The notes: a model not told the origin generated them from the letters alone. Positions 11,749 to 21,542 are shown, counted from the first letter of the stretch. The stretch is DNA of 64,000 bases from an uncultured Verrucomicrobiae bacterium (GCA_963812605.1 CAWEWF010000005.1:1-64000); one strand, 5' to 3'. Translations and numbers: made by a program.

Positions 11749-13062
11749 CTACGCAGGCGGTGTGCCAAAATAGCCCACCCACGCAAGGTCGAGGGTTTCG
11801 TCGGTCAATCTAAACTCTTGCTTCTCAAAGCGGCAGAAATCCACCGCTCGCAGGATTAGGTCGCGTGGATCGCAGGCATTCGGCAGGCGCCCTTCGGCTT
11901 TATAGCGTTGCAACAATCGCTTGATTAACGTTGGATCCAACGCCAGCCCAAAATCGGCAGCCGTGCGTTGGAAAATCTCCGTGTAAGTCGCCGTCGAGGG
12001 CCGCGCAACCGCGAGGCGATAACCCATGCGTCTCATGAACGCCTCATCCACAAGATCGGCATCGGTCAGGTTCGTGGCGAACACGATGATCTGTTCGAAA
12101 GGAATCTCGAGCTTCTTTCCTGTGCTCAGCGTGAGCGAATCGACGCGGTTTTCCAGCGGGATAATCCAGCGGTTCAACAATTGGCGGGCCGAACAGCGTT
12201 GGCGCCCAAAATCATCCACCAGCAACACGCCGCCGTTCGCCTTGAGCTGGAACGGCGCTTCATAATAGCGCGGGCTACCTGTCGCCGTCAGGTCGAGGCT
12301 CTCAATCGTCAATTCGCCGCCGACGACCACCAACGGCGGCCGAATCTTCACCCAACGGCGGTCGAAATCGGTTTCCTTCGGCTCGACGGTATGGTGCACG
12401 TGCTTGTCGAACACGCGGATGACCTGGCCGTCCACTTCGATGGCGTATGGAATCCACAACGGGTCCGCCACCGCATTGACCAGCGCCCGCGCCATCGCCG
12501 TTTTCCCGTTGCCGGGCGGTCCACTAAGAAACAGGCTGCGCCCCGAACTGACCACCACCCCGAGGATCCGCTTGATCGCTTCGGGCAGCACCAAATGGGA
12601 CAGGGTTTGCTCCAGCGACTCGCGGGTCGTGGGCGCGCGGCTGCGCACCTGGCTGACCAGCATGACCGTATAAAGCTCCAGCGTGACCGGGGCCGGCCCG
12701 ACGTAGCTGCAAATGCTCATCAATTGGAAAACACGGGTCCAACCGCGTTCCAGCATCGCGTAGCGGTGGTTGTGCATCGCGATGCTGCCCTTCATCTCGA
12801 TAAGATTCTCGCGATACAGCCGCTGCAATACCGTGTCCGTGATCACCAGCCCGAGCTTCATCCGCTCGCTGACACTGGACGTCGTCCCATTTGAGTCCGT
12901 GGACAACGTTTTTAGCGCAAGGTCCGTGAGGAAATTGAGATTGAGATCCAACTGCTCCGGTGTCTCCGGAAACCGCGGGCAGAGTTGGCTCGACACGGCC
13001 TCCGCGGCGACGTTTAACAGTTCGATATTTGTCGGTTCTGGCATAATCGCCAATTCGGCCAA
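11749..13062 (-). CDS. AAA+ family ATPase with N-terminal winged-helix-like region
   Basis: Walker A 'GPPGNGKT', 'LKANGGVLLVDDFGRQ', 'NRWIIPLE', 'DEAFMRR'. Confidence 0.85.
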   Translation of the reverse strand: MAELAIMPEPTNIELLNVAAEAVSSQLCPRFPETPEQLDLNLNFLTDLALKTLSTDSNGTTSSVSERMKLGLVITDTVLQRLYRENLIEMKGSIAMHNHRYAMLERGWTRVFQLMSICSYVGPAPVTLELYTVMLVSQVRSRAPTTRESLEQTLSHLVLPEAIKRILGVVVSSGRSLFLSGPPGNGKTAMARALVNAVADPLWIPYAIEVDGQVIRVFDKHVHHTVEPKETDFDRRWVKIRPPLVVVGGELTIESLDLTATGSPRYYEAPFQLKANGGVLLVDDFGRQRCSARQLLNRWIIPLENRVDSLTLSTGKKLEIPFEQIIVFATNLTDADLVDEAFMRRMGYRLAVARPSTATYTEIFQRTAADFGLALDPTLIKRLLQRYKAEGRLPNACDPRDLILRAVDFCRFEKQEFRLTDETLDLAWVGYFGTPPA

Positions 13063-13089
13063 CGCCGACCTCCGTGTTTTCGTCAGGAG

Positions 13090-14275
13090 CTAGCGAACGG
13101 CTTTCTTCAGCGCCTCCGCCTTGTCCGTTCGCTCCCACGTAAGCGCTTCCAGGTCATCGGTTTTGCCGAAGTGCCCGTAGTTGGTGGTCTTGCCGTAGAT
13201 CGGGCGCAGGAGATTCAACTGTTTGATGATGTTCGCGGGTTTGAAGCTAAACACTTCGAGCACGGCCTTCTCAATCTTCTCGCGCGGCACGGTGCTGGTG
13301 CCGAACGTTTCGACCAGGACGCTTACCGGCTCGGGATAACCGATGGCGTAGGCGAACTGGATCTCGCACCGCTCGGCCAAACCCGCCGCCACGATGTTCT
13401 TGGCGACGTAACGGCCCATGTACGCGGCGCTGCGGTCCACTTTGCTCGGGTCCTTGCCGCTGAATGCGCCGCCGCCATGCCGCCCCATGCCGCCGTAGGT
13501 GTCCACGATGATCTTCCGGCCCGTCAGACCGCTGTCGCCCTCGGGTCCGCCGATGACGAACCGGCCCGTGGGATTGATGAGATAGCGCGTGTTCTTGTCG
13601 AGCAGGTTTTTCGGGATGACTTTCTTGATAATTTCTTCGACGAGGATCTCCGCAATCTCAGAATGCTTCACGTTGTCTGCGTGTTGCGTTGGAAATGACA
13701 ACGGTATGCACGCGGACGGGCTTGTGGTTCTCGTACTCGATGGTGACCTGCGTTTTGCCGTCGGGACGCAACCATTTGATCTGGCCGCTTTTGCGCGCCT
13801 TGGAAAGTTTCAACCCGAGCTTGTGCGCGTACATGATCGGCGCCGGCATCAGTTCCGCCGTCTCCGTGCAGGCGAACCCGAACATCAATCCCTGGTCGCC
13901 CGCGCCCTGTTCGGCGGTTGCCTTGCCTTCCGCCGCCTTGTCATCCACGCCCTGCGCGATGTCCGGGCTCTGCTTTACCAGCGCGCACATGACCTGGCAA
14001 TCCTCGTCGTTGAACACCGTGCTGACATCCTTGGTGTAACCGATCTCACGGATCGCTCCGCGCACGATCTGGCAATAATCCAGGTGCGCCTTGGTCGTGA
14101 TTTCACCGGCGATCACCACGAGGTTCGATTTCGCGAGCGTCTCGCAGGCCACGCGGCTTTTCGGGTCCTGCTTCAAGCACGCGTCCAATATCGCGTCCGA
14201 AATCGTGTCACAAACCTTGTCCGGATGACCCTCCGTCACCGATTCCGACGAAAACAAATAATGTTTCTTGTCCAT
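13090..14275 (-). pseudogene. metK: S-adenosylmethionine synthetase with one frameshift near 13693 (probable sequencing error)
   Basis: '[11 protein letters not shown]' and 'GAGDQG' in one frame; 'TQH...[14 protein letters not shown]' and 'GGGAFSGKD' in another. Confidence 0.9.
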
Positions 14276-14409
14276 AAATTCCTTCATTGTCAGGGAGAGG
14301 CGCTTCTCTTGGGTGCCGTCGATTACCTCGCCGAATACCGCGCGGGAATGTAACGGAAAGAGGGCCAACTCACAAGAAATTTCCCAAGGCCATCGACTTC
14401 CAAGATTGC

Positions 14410-14713
14410 CATTTTCGTACCAAACGAACCCGATTCAAAAATTGCGGCCAATCGTCACAAGAAGCTGTGGTTGTGAAAGATACACCTGAATTTACACGAA
14501 GACAAATCGGGTTCGTTTCGCAGAAACGCATGTTTTCATGCCCATCTCTCCCTTGCGCTGCCGCCACGACCATCATGGAGCAGCATGCCGTAGTGGCGCG
14601 GGCAGCTTGGCCTTCGCAGCGTCCTCGCGAAGTAGGCTCCCGCCCTTGGTTTTCTGCCCTCTCCCTCTCAAAGAACTGCCGCCAATTCTACGCATTTCTT
14701 CGCCCCGCGTCCA
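14410..14713 (-). repeat. Promoter + boxA-like + 97-bp inverted-repeat element, copy 1
   Basis: TGGACG-N17-TAGAAT, then AGTTCTTTGA; perfect 14-bp inverted repeat at 14422-14435/14505-14518; homologous to 53233-53490. Confidence 0.7.
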
Positions 14714-14761
14714 GTAAAATTATCGATTCCCGATGCACAGAAGAAACCACCCCCGCCAACT

Positions 14762-14877
14762 TGTAGCCGCGAATCGCATTCGCGGCATCTTCTCCCTCTG
14801 GTTCACTTCAATCCCAGAACCATCTGTCAGGTGTAGGTTCCACTGTGAAGTTGTAGGCCGCGTGCCCTCACGCGGCG
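14762..14877. repeat. Two GTAG-type REP-like hairpins
   Basis: TGTAGCCGCGAATCGCATTCGCGGC and TGTAGGCCGCGTGCCCTCACGCGGC. Confidence 0.6.
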
Positions 14878-14952
14878 AGGAGTCACAGAGAGCCGGTGCG
14901 CCAGAAAGAGCAATTTCGCGCACAGGAGCGAATGCGTCGTGCCAACAAATTT

Positions 14953-15243
14953 TCATTTGCTGGCGTCCGCACTCCGTAAAGCCTGCTCGAAAATCGCCTC
15001 AAGCTTCGGAGTTGCCACTTGGCATCGTACTCCCGAAGATACATCTTCAACTCTGCGGCGGACTTCTCTGGCGCATCCCATCGCGTCAGCAAGCTGGGGA
15101 TCTCGTGAATAGCCTCCCAATAGATCGCTAATCTGCTTTCTGGGGATATCATCGGACAACGTCCAGTTCCGAGTCGTGTACGCCGCGACGTACAGAACCC
15201 TCATTGAGGCTCGCAGTATCGGTTCTGGCGCAAGCTGACTCAT
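14953..15243 (-). pseudogene. Small hypothetical protein with two frameshifts (cassette-like)
   Basis: Coding-like pieces MSQLAPEPILRASMRVLY... / WEAIHEIPSLLTRW... / TPKLEAIFEQAL lie in alternating frames. Confidence 0.5.
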
Positions 15244-15323
15244 GGCTTTAAGGTTGAGCCACGGCAGGATGAAACGCAAGCTCACGGAAGCATAACCGGT
15301 GCGTCTCCAGCGCGATACCAGTA

Positions 15324-15731
15324 TTATCTCCCCGTCAAAATCTCAACCTCGCCGCCTTCGATGCCGTCATGTCCGCTCCGTGCTTCGCGTAATGATTGCT
15401 CCCGCTCCCAAAGTTTCTTCACCGCCTCCGGACGTCTTCGGCCGGCATGGCTCACCCACGTAAAAATCTCGACGAGCCGAGTCTTGTCTCCTTCCTCCGT
15501 GTCCCGAACAATGATGTGCGGCTCGGCAAATACCAGATGCTCCGTCCGATAAATCTGCCAAATGCGCGAAAGTATCGCCTGAAACTCCGCTTCCTTACCA
15601 GCCTTGACGTGGTACGTAACCAACACGGTCTCAGGATCAGTCTTGGCCGAACCATTTTGCATGCGACTTGCGGTGCAACACGCGTTCAACGAGAGGACCG
15701 CCAGCGCCAACAGAAAATGTGTGATTTTCAT
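15324..15731 (-). CDS. Putative lipoprotein with a dimeric alpha/beta-barrel (ABM-like) region
   Basis: Signal peptide with 'LNAC'; 'VTYHVKAGKEAEF...VEIFTW'. Confidence 0.55.
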   Translation of the reverse strand: MKITHFLLALAVLSLNACCTASRMQNGSAKTDPETVLVTYHVKAGKEAEFQAILSRIWQIYRTEHLVFAEPHIIVRDTEEGDKTRLVEIFTWVSHAGRRRPEAVKKLWEREQSLREARSGHDGIEGGEVEILTGR

Positions 15732-16066
15732 AAGTTTGTCGGATCGTTCATGCGCGCCTCACCACAGAGCTTAGCCATGCCTGAAAAGAAGGCAAGCCCG
15801 CGTAAACGGACCTGTCCGCGGCCATGGCGCGGCGACGACGGAAGACGCTAATCAGCAGTGACTCCAGCGCGGTCAGGCATCGGTGTGTGTTCGGAGTGTC
15901 AAATCCCTGTCATTCCCGCCTTTTGTTGCCGCCAGCGTTTCCCCCCGCTGAAATCAGGATACCGAACCCTCCTTGTCCGCTTGCCTCAATTCAGAAAATA
16001 TGAAGCCGAGCGCAGTACTGGCTGCGCGAGACGCCGCGATGTAGTTGTCGCGGCAATACTGAATTC

Positions 16067-16303
16067 GTGACCAAGGTCATCAATATCAACGCGCGGGGGA
16101 CGCTGACGTTGCCCAAGGGGATGCGGCAGCGGCTGGGGTTGAAAGTGGGTTGCCAGGTAGTCGCCGAAGAGACGACCAAGGGCATCTTGATTCGCGCTTG
16201 CGTCACGCTGCCCGTCGAGACTTCCGCAAGCCAGCGCCGCGCGAGATTGGAGGATGCCGATGTCCAGACCTTTCGTCAGTATTCCCGGAAGAAAAGCCGC
16301 TGA
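16067..16303 (+). CDS. AbrB/MazE-family antitoxin-like DNA-binding protein (orphan, possibly decayed)
   Basis: 'INARGTLTLPKGMRQRLGL...GILIR'. Confidence 0.7.
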   Translation: MTKVININARGTLTLPKGMRQRLGLKVGCQVVAEETTKGILIRACVTLPVETSASQRRARLEDADVQTFRQYSRKKSR

Positions 16304-16434
16304 TTTCGTTTTTTCGGCGTCAAGATGGTCGGTTGGCCATCTCATAAGACTTCGCTAACGGCGGGCTGAGCCAGCCCGCCCTACCAGAGTCGCAAGATAC
16401 AAGGGCGCGGTGGAGGACCACCGCGCCGAAGGCC

Positions 16435-16492
16435 GGTAGCGCGAGCGTCCCGCTTGCGGTTTTCGAGGGAAATTACAAATCGCGCAACCGAA
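16435..16492 (+). repeat. Dispersed ~58-bp GTAG-headed repeat, copy 1
   Basis: Near-identical reverse complement at 36773-36830. Confidence 0.8.
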
Positions 16493-16524
16493 AGATTCGC
16501 ACTGCCGGGTTTTTGGGATGGACC

Positions 16525-16640
16525 TTACGCAAACTCTCAGTTGGCCTCCTCCATCGTTTCGAAGCTGCCGATATCCAGCCTGATCGCTGATTTGATATGC
16601 GTGAACGGATTGGCGCTGGGACGGAAATGGCAACCAGCGA
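16525..16640 (-). pseudogene. Decayed duplicate of the 3' end of the nucleotidyltransferase gene
   Basis: Aligns with 17167-17283 (QRQSVHAYQISD...[16 protein letters not shown]), with an indel and an internal stop. Confidence 0.8.
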
Positions 16641-16641
16641 T

Positions 16642-17046
16642 CTAGACTACGGCTGCGTAGACTCGTATCCAAAACCCTGACTGCCCCATGTTTGAGGTAT
16701 AGATGAGGCAACGATAAACTTTGTCGTGCTGGCGAAGAAATCGCAGGGCGAAGCCGTGATACAACTGACCACCCATGTAATGATGCCCGAACCGGGCCAG
16801 CACCGCACGGAAAACACCGCAAGAGTCCGAGATGGCAACCGGGACATCCGTCTGCTCCGTCCCGTCACGAATCGGACGGATAAACCATGTGACCGCTGGT
16901 CCTGGCGGACGATACTGGGCGTGAAGAAGCGCTGATTCATGACGAAACAAGGAAGTCAGCACCATGTCCGCAAAAGCCACAGGATCTCTCTCGTTTTGAG
17001 CGAGCTCCGGCATCTGCATGACTTCTGGGACGTTGAGGGTTTCCAT
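16642..17046 (-). CDS. Hypothetical protein (cassette-like)
   Basis: Clean ORF METLNVPEV...GFWIRVYAAVV, preceded by an attC-like remnant. Confidence 0.6.
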   Translation of the reverse strand: METLNVPEVMQMPELAQNERDPVAFADMVLTSLFRHESALLHAQYRPPGPAVTWFIRPIRDGTEQTDVPVAISDSCGVFRAVLARFGHHYMGGQLYHGFALRFLRQHDKVYRCLIYTSNMGQSGFWIRVYAAVV

Positions 17047-17166
17047 GACCAAGCTGGGCCACAGCCACGACAGACGAATCTCATAAATAGTTTGAAATTG
17101 CAAGTTCGGTGGTTCTCAGCGCCCGCAAGAAAAGACGCTGATTACGGTTTCGGACGTTAGGATGTC

Positions 17167-17907
17167 CTACGCGAACTCGCGGTTGGCCTGTTCCAGCGTC
17201 TCGAAGCTGCCGATGTCGAGCCATTGGCCGCTGATCTGGTGGGCGTAAACGGGTTGGCGCTGGTAGAGCCATGCCACGAGGCGGCCAGGTTGGTCGGGAT
17301 TATTGCCTTCCTTCACATACTGGTTCACCAACGGCAGGGCCGCGCGCGGATAATAATAGAGGCACATCGCGGCCAGCGTCGTCTTGGGCTGCGGCGGTTT
17401 CTCGATGAACTCGGTGATCTTGCCGGCGCCATCCATCGATACGTTGCCGTACTTCTTCATCTCCTCCAGGTCGCCAATGTCATACACACCGAGCGTTGCG
17501 CCATGGCGGGCGGCGAACTTCGCGAACCCGGCCAGTGACGACTTGAAAAGATTGTCGCCACCGATAATCATCAGGTCGTCATCAACCTTCTGGGAATCGA
17601 TCACCAGTTTGGTGTCACCAATCGCGCCGAGCTTGTTGGTGTCGTCGGTCGAATGATCGTTGACGACCGTAATCGGGGGACATTGCGGATGCCGCTGGCG
17701 GTAATCCGCGCCCCACACCTCAAAATCGCGCGCGAACTTCTCATTCGTGACGATAAAGATGCGGTCAAGCGTCGGGATGCCGGCGGTCGTGGCCAGCACG
17801 TGCTCGATCATCGGCCGACCCGCGACTTCGAGCAGCGGTTTGGCCTTGTTCTTCGTCAGTGGATACAACCGCGTCGCATAACCGGCGGCAAGGATCAGTA
17901 GTTTCAT
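17167..17907 (-). CDS. Sugar-1-phosphate nucleotidyltransferase family protein
   Basis: '[14 protein letters not shown]...KPLL', 'FIEKP', 'WLDIG'. Confidence 0.9.
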   Translation of the reverse strand: MKLLILAAGYATRLYPLTKNKAKPLLEVAGRPMIEHVLATTAGIPTLDRIFIVTNEKFARDFEVWGADYRQRHPQCPPITVVNDHSTDDTNKLGAIGDTKLVIDSQKVDDDLMIIGGDNLFKSSLAGFAKFAARHGATLGVYDIGDLEEMKKYGNVSMDGAGKITEFIEKPPQPKTTLAAMCLYYYPRAALPLVNQYVKEGNNPDQPGRLVAWLYQRQPVYAHQISGQWLDIGSFETLEQANREFA

Positions 17908-17913
17908 AAAGAA

Positions 17914-19665
17914 TTATCCGAGGAGATCGGGATCGACCCGCTGCAACAGCGTGTTAAGCATGGCCAGCACTTCGCGGCCGGAATTCGTGTGCAATGATGC
18001 GGCGGCGAGTTCCTGCGCCTCGCGCAACGTAAGGCGGCGAATGACTTCCTTGACGCGTGGCAGGCTCGACGATGCGGCGCTCAACTCATCAATCCCCATG
18101 CCGAGGAGCAGGGGGGTGAAGAGCGGTTCGCCGGCCATCTCGCCGCATACGCCCACCCAGATGTTGTTGTTGTGCGCCGCTTCGACCACGCCGCGGATCA
18201 ATCGCAGGATGGCGGGATGCGTCGGTTCATAAAGCCCCGCGACCTTTTCATTCACGCGATCGACGGCCATCGTGTACTGGATCAAGTCGTTGGAACCGAT
18301 GCTGAAGAAGTCCACTTCCGGCGCAATCATCTCGGCGGTGAGCGCCGCAGACGGGATTTCGATCATCGCGCCGATCTTGATCTCTTCGTCGAACGGAATG
18401 CCCTCTTTTTTCAGGTCGTGCATCACCTGCTGTAAAATTTCGTTGGCCTGCACGACTTCCGCCACGCCGCTGATCATGGGGTACATGATCTTGACGTTCC
18501 CTTCGGCGCTGGCGCGCAGGATGGCGCGCAACTGGGCCTCGAAGATGTCGATATTCGCCAGGCAGAAACGGATCGCGCGGAAACCCAGGAAGGGGTTGAC
18601 CTCGGGCGGCGTCGTGTCCTCGCTGCGGAATTTGTCGCCGCCGATGTCGAGGGTGCGGATGATCACCGAGTGCGGTTTCACGGCGCGAGCGACCTCGATG
18701 TATTTTTCGTACTGCTCCTGCTCAGTGGGGTAATCCTTGCGGTTGAGATAGAGGAACTCCGTGCGGAAAAGTCCGATGCCCTCCGCGCCCGCCGCCATGA
18801 CGCCCTGCACGTCATGGGGCAGTTCGATGTTGCCGGAAAGAACCATGCGATGGCCGTCGAGCGTCTGGGCCGGCAAATCATGCAATGCGGCCAGTCGCTC
18901 CTGGACCGAGTGGCGTTTGACCTGGAGTTCGCCATAAGCGAAGAGCGTCTGCTCGGTCGGCTCGATAATCAGCGTCCCGCTGTACCCATCGATAATCGCG
19001 GGCTGACCATCATGGACAAACTGGCTGAGATTGCGCAGGCCGACGACGGCTGGCAGGCCGATCGAACGCGCGACAATGGCGGTGTGCGACGTGTGGCTGC
19101 CAACGTCCGTGGCGAAGCCGCTGGCGTGCTGGCGGTCCAGCGACGTAGTGTCCGAAGGCGACAGGTCGTGGGCGATGACAATGGTGTTGGCCGGCAGATC
19201 GCTCAGCGCGCGATGATCGTGGCCGAGGAGGTTGCGCAGGATGCGGCGCGTGACATCGTGCACGTCCGCGGCGCGCTCGCGAAAAAATTCGTCGGACAAC
19301 TCGGCCAGCGTCGTGATGTACTTGTGGGAAACGTCGTTGAAAACGAACTCCACATTCTTGTGGTCGTGTTCGAGCCGTTTGACGACCTGCTCGATGAGCG
19401 CAGGATCTTCGGTGATGGAAAGATGCACTTCCAGGATGGTCGAGGACGCGCCGGAGCCGATCCCGGACTCGATGCGGCCCTGAAGTTCGTGCAATTGCTC
19501 GCGCGTTTTGATCAGCGCCTGTTCGAAGCGTGCGATTTCTTTCGGCACGTCCGCGGACGCAACGTCGTATTCCGGAACGACCTCGTCGGCAATGCTATAG
19601 ACATAGATATTGCCTCGGGCCACGCCCGGTGATACGCCAATTCCCTGGAAGGTGCGTTCTGCCAT
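17914..19665 (-). CDS. ptsI: Phosphoenolpyruvate-protein phosphotransferase (PTS enzyme I)
   Basis: 'GSHTSHTAIVAR', 'GIGLFRTEF', 'MIEIPSAA', 'FSIGSNDL', 'CGEMAG'. Confidence 0.95.
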   Translation of the reverse strand: MAERTFQGIGVSPGVARGNIYVYSIADEVVPEYDVASADVPKEIARFEQALIKTREQLHELQGRIESGIGSGASSTILEVHLSITEDPALIEQVVKRLEHDHKNVEFVFNDVSHKYITTLAELSDEFFRERAADVHDVTRRILRNLLGHDHRALSDLPANTIVIAHDLSPSDTTSLDRQHASGFATDVGSHTSHTAIVARSIGLPAVVGLRNLSQFVHDGQPAIIDGYSGTLIIEPTEQTLFAYGELQVKRHSVQERLAALHDLPAQTLDGHRMVLSGNIELPHDVQGVMAAGAEGIGLFRTEFLYLNRKDYPTEQEQYEKYIEVARAVKPHSVIIRTLDIGGDKFRSEDTTPPEVNPFLGFRAIRFCLANIDIFEAQLRAILRASAEGNVKIMYPMISGVAEVVQANEILQQVMHDLKKEGIPFDEEIKIGAMIEIPSAALTAEMIAPEVDFFSIGSNDLIQYTMAVDRVNEKVAGLYEPTHPAILRLIRGVVEAAHNNNIWVGVCGEMAGEPLFTPLLLGMGIDELSAASSSLPRVKEVIRRLTLREAQELAAASLHTNSGREVLAMLNTLLQRVDPDLLG

Positions 19666-19677
19666 GCGGCCTTGTGA

Positions 19678-19986
19678 TTATTCTTCGTCGAACTTCCGCA
19701 GGAACAACGACTCCAGCTCCCGCACCGCTGCCTCGGCGTCGACGCCTTCGGCGGCGAGGATGAGTATGGAGCCCTGGCCCGCGGCCAGCATCATCAATCC
19801 CATGATGCTCTTGCCATTGACCTGTTCACCGTCCTTCTCGACGGTGATGTGACTCGCGAATTTGTGGGCGGTCTTGACGAACAGCGCCGCGGGGCGCGCG
19901 TGAACACCCAGCTTGTTGATCACGGTGACCTCTTTGCTCGCCTTTTTGGCTTCCGGCCCGCCGCTGTTCTTGCGTGAAAGATTCAT
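19678..19986 (-). CDS. ptsH: HPr phosphocarrier
   Basis: 'GVHARPAA' (His15) and 'GKSIMGLM' (Ser46). Confidence 0.95.
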   Translation of the reverse strand: MNLSRKNSGGPEAKKASKEVTVINKLGVHARPAALFVKTAHKFASHITVEKDGEQVNGKSIMGLMMLAAGQGSILILAAEGVDAEAAVRELESLFLRKFDEE

Positions 19987-20009
19987 GAATGTCGTGTTTC
20001 CCGTCGAGA

Positions 20010-20960
20010 CTAGCCCGCCGTATGCATCCGTTCGATGAGCCGCTCGTTAAACTCGCGGGCGGCATTGTGGCCCAGGCTTTTCAGCTTCTGATCCAGGGCG
20101 GCGACCTGGATCAACCGCGCAATGTCGCGCCCCGGGCGGACCGGAATGATCACGTGCGGCACATTGATCCCCAGGATGGTGTACGACTGCCGCTCCAGGC
20201 CGGTGCGATCGACCTCTTCCATTTTTTCCCAATCCATCAGCGTGACCACCAGGTTCAGGTTTTTCTCGGGACGCACGCTGGCGACACCGAAGACCGCCGG
20301 CACATTGATGATGCCCAGCCCGCGGATCTCCATGTGATAGCGCGTCGTCTCCGACGAGGTGCCCACCAACTCGCGGCCTTCAAACAGGCGGATGCGCGTG
20401 ACGTCGTCGCTGACGAGGCTGTAGCCGCGCTCGAGCAAGGCCAGGACGCTCTCGCTCTTGCCGATGCCGCTTTCGCCGCGAATGAGCACGCCAATCCCCA
20501 GGATGTCCACCATCGAGCCGTGTTCGCTCACCTGGGGCGCGAACTCCATTTCCAACGCGATGGTCGCCGCGTTGATGAATTTCATCGTGACCATCTTGGT
20601 CTTGAACAGCGGCAGTTGGTACTCGTCGCACATCTCCTGGACGGGCAGGGGAGGGTTTACGTTGCGCGCGAAAACCAGGCAGGGGATTTTCGCCCGCAAC
20701 ATCCGTTCGATGCGCTTGGCGGCTTCCTGGTCCCCGAGCGATTTCAGGAAGACCCATTCCGCGCCGCCGATCACCTGCACGCGTTTCATCGCGAAGTAGC
20801 GGAAAAATTTCGCCAGCGCCAGGCCGGGACGGTTCACCGAGCCTTCCTGGATCTTGCGGGAGAGCCCCGCCCCGCCTGCGGTGAGCTTGAGCTGCAACTT
20901 CTCCGCGTGATTCAGGTAGAAGCGCTCGACCGTGACGGTGGGAATGGAGGGAGTCTGCAT
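20010..20960 (-). CDS. hprK: HPr(Ser) kinase/phosphorylase
   Basis: 'NRPGLALA', 'GESGIGKSE', 'LVSDD', 'MEIRGLGII', 'IPVRPGR'. Confidence 0.95.
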   Translation of the reverse strand: MQTPSIPTVTVERFYLNHAEKLQLKLTAGGAGLSRKIQEGSVNRPGLALAKFFRYFAMKRVQVIGGAEWVFLKSLGDQEAAKRIERMLRAKIPCLVFARNVNPPLPVQEMCDEYQLPLFKTKMVTMKFINAATIALEMEFAPQVSEHGSMVDILGIGVLIRGESGIGKSESVLALLERGYSLVSDDVTRIRLFEGRELVGTSSETTRYHMEIRGLGIINVPAVFGVASVRPEKNLNLVVTLMDWEKMEEVDRTGLERQSYTILGINVPHVIIPVRPGRDIARLIQVAALDQKLKSLGHNAAREFNERLIERMHTAG

Positions 20961-20962
20961 GT

Positions 20963-21508
20963 TCAAGTCAAGGTCGGTTCGATGAGGCCGAAGTCGCCCT
21001 TTTTGCGGCGGTAAATCACATTCACTTTTTCCGACTCGGCATTCAGAAACACGAGAAACTGGGTTTCCGAAAGCTCCAATTGCAGCAGCGCTTCGTCCAC
21101 GAACATCGGCTTGACCGCAAACTTCTCCGTGTGGACGAGCCGCGTGGTTCCTTCCTCTTCGTGAAGATCGTGCGTCAGCACCTGCTCATCGACGTGAAAA
21201 AGCACGGCCTTGCGCGGTCGATGGCGCTGCATCTTCGTCTTGTACTTCCGCATCTGCCGCGTGGCCTTGTCCACCACGCTATCGATCGAGGCATACAGGT
21301 CCTCGCTCACCCCGCGCGCCTCGATGGTAAGATGGTTGCCGCACTGGAGCACGAGTTCCGCGATATGGCGGAACTTGTCCACCTCCAGGATGTAATGCGC
21401 GCTCAAGACGCGCGGGAAATCGATCCCGATGTGGTCCAGCTTTTTGGCCGAATACTCGCGTATTGACGGCGTGATGTTTATATGTCGACCCGTCACGGTC
21501 ATTTCCAT
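20963..21508 (-). CDS. hpf: Ribosome hibernation promoting factor (long HPF/RaiA)
   Basis: 'VTGRHINIT', 'DLYASID', 'VKPMFVDEA...FLVF...GDFGLIEP'. Confidence 0.92.
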   Translation of the reverse strand: MEMTVTGRHINITPSIREYSAKKLDHIGIDFPRVLSAHYILEVDKFRHIAELVLQCGNHLTIEARGVSEDLYASIDSVVDKATRQMRKYKTKMQRHRPRKAVLFHVDEQVLTHDLHEEEGTTRLVHTEKFAVKPMFVDEALLQLELSETQFLVFLNAESEKVNVIYRRKKGDFGLIEPTLT

Positions 21509-21542
21509 GGAACGTCCTCCGGTTTGCCGCGCGCCCGCCAGC

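Noticed and set aside
14276-14400. SAM riboswitch before metK
   Set aside because: The predicted leader after TTGTGA-N17-TACATT is short, with one weak hairpin and no consensus motif.
16525-17283. DGR template/variable repeat pair
   Set aside because: The mismatches are not adenine-specific, include indels and many synonymous changes, and no reverse transcriptase is in the window.
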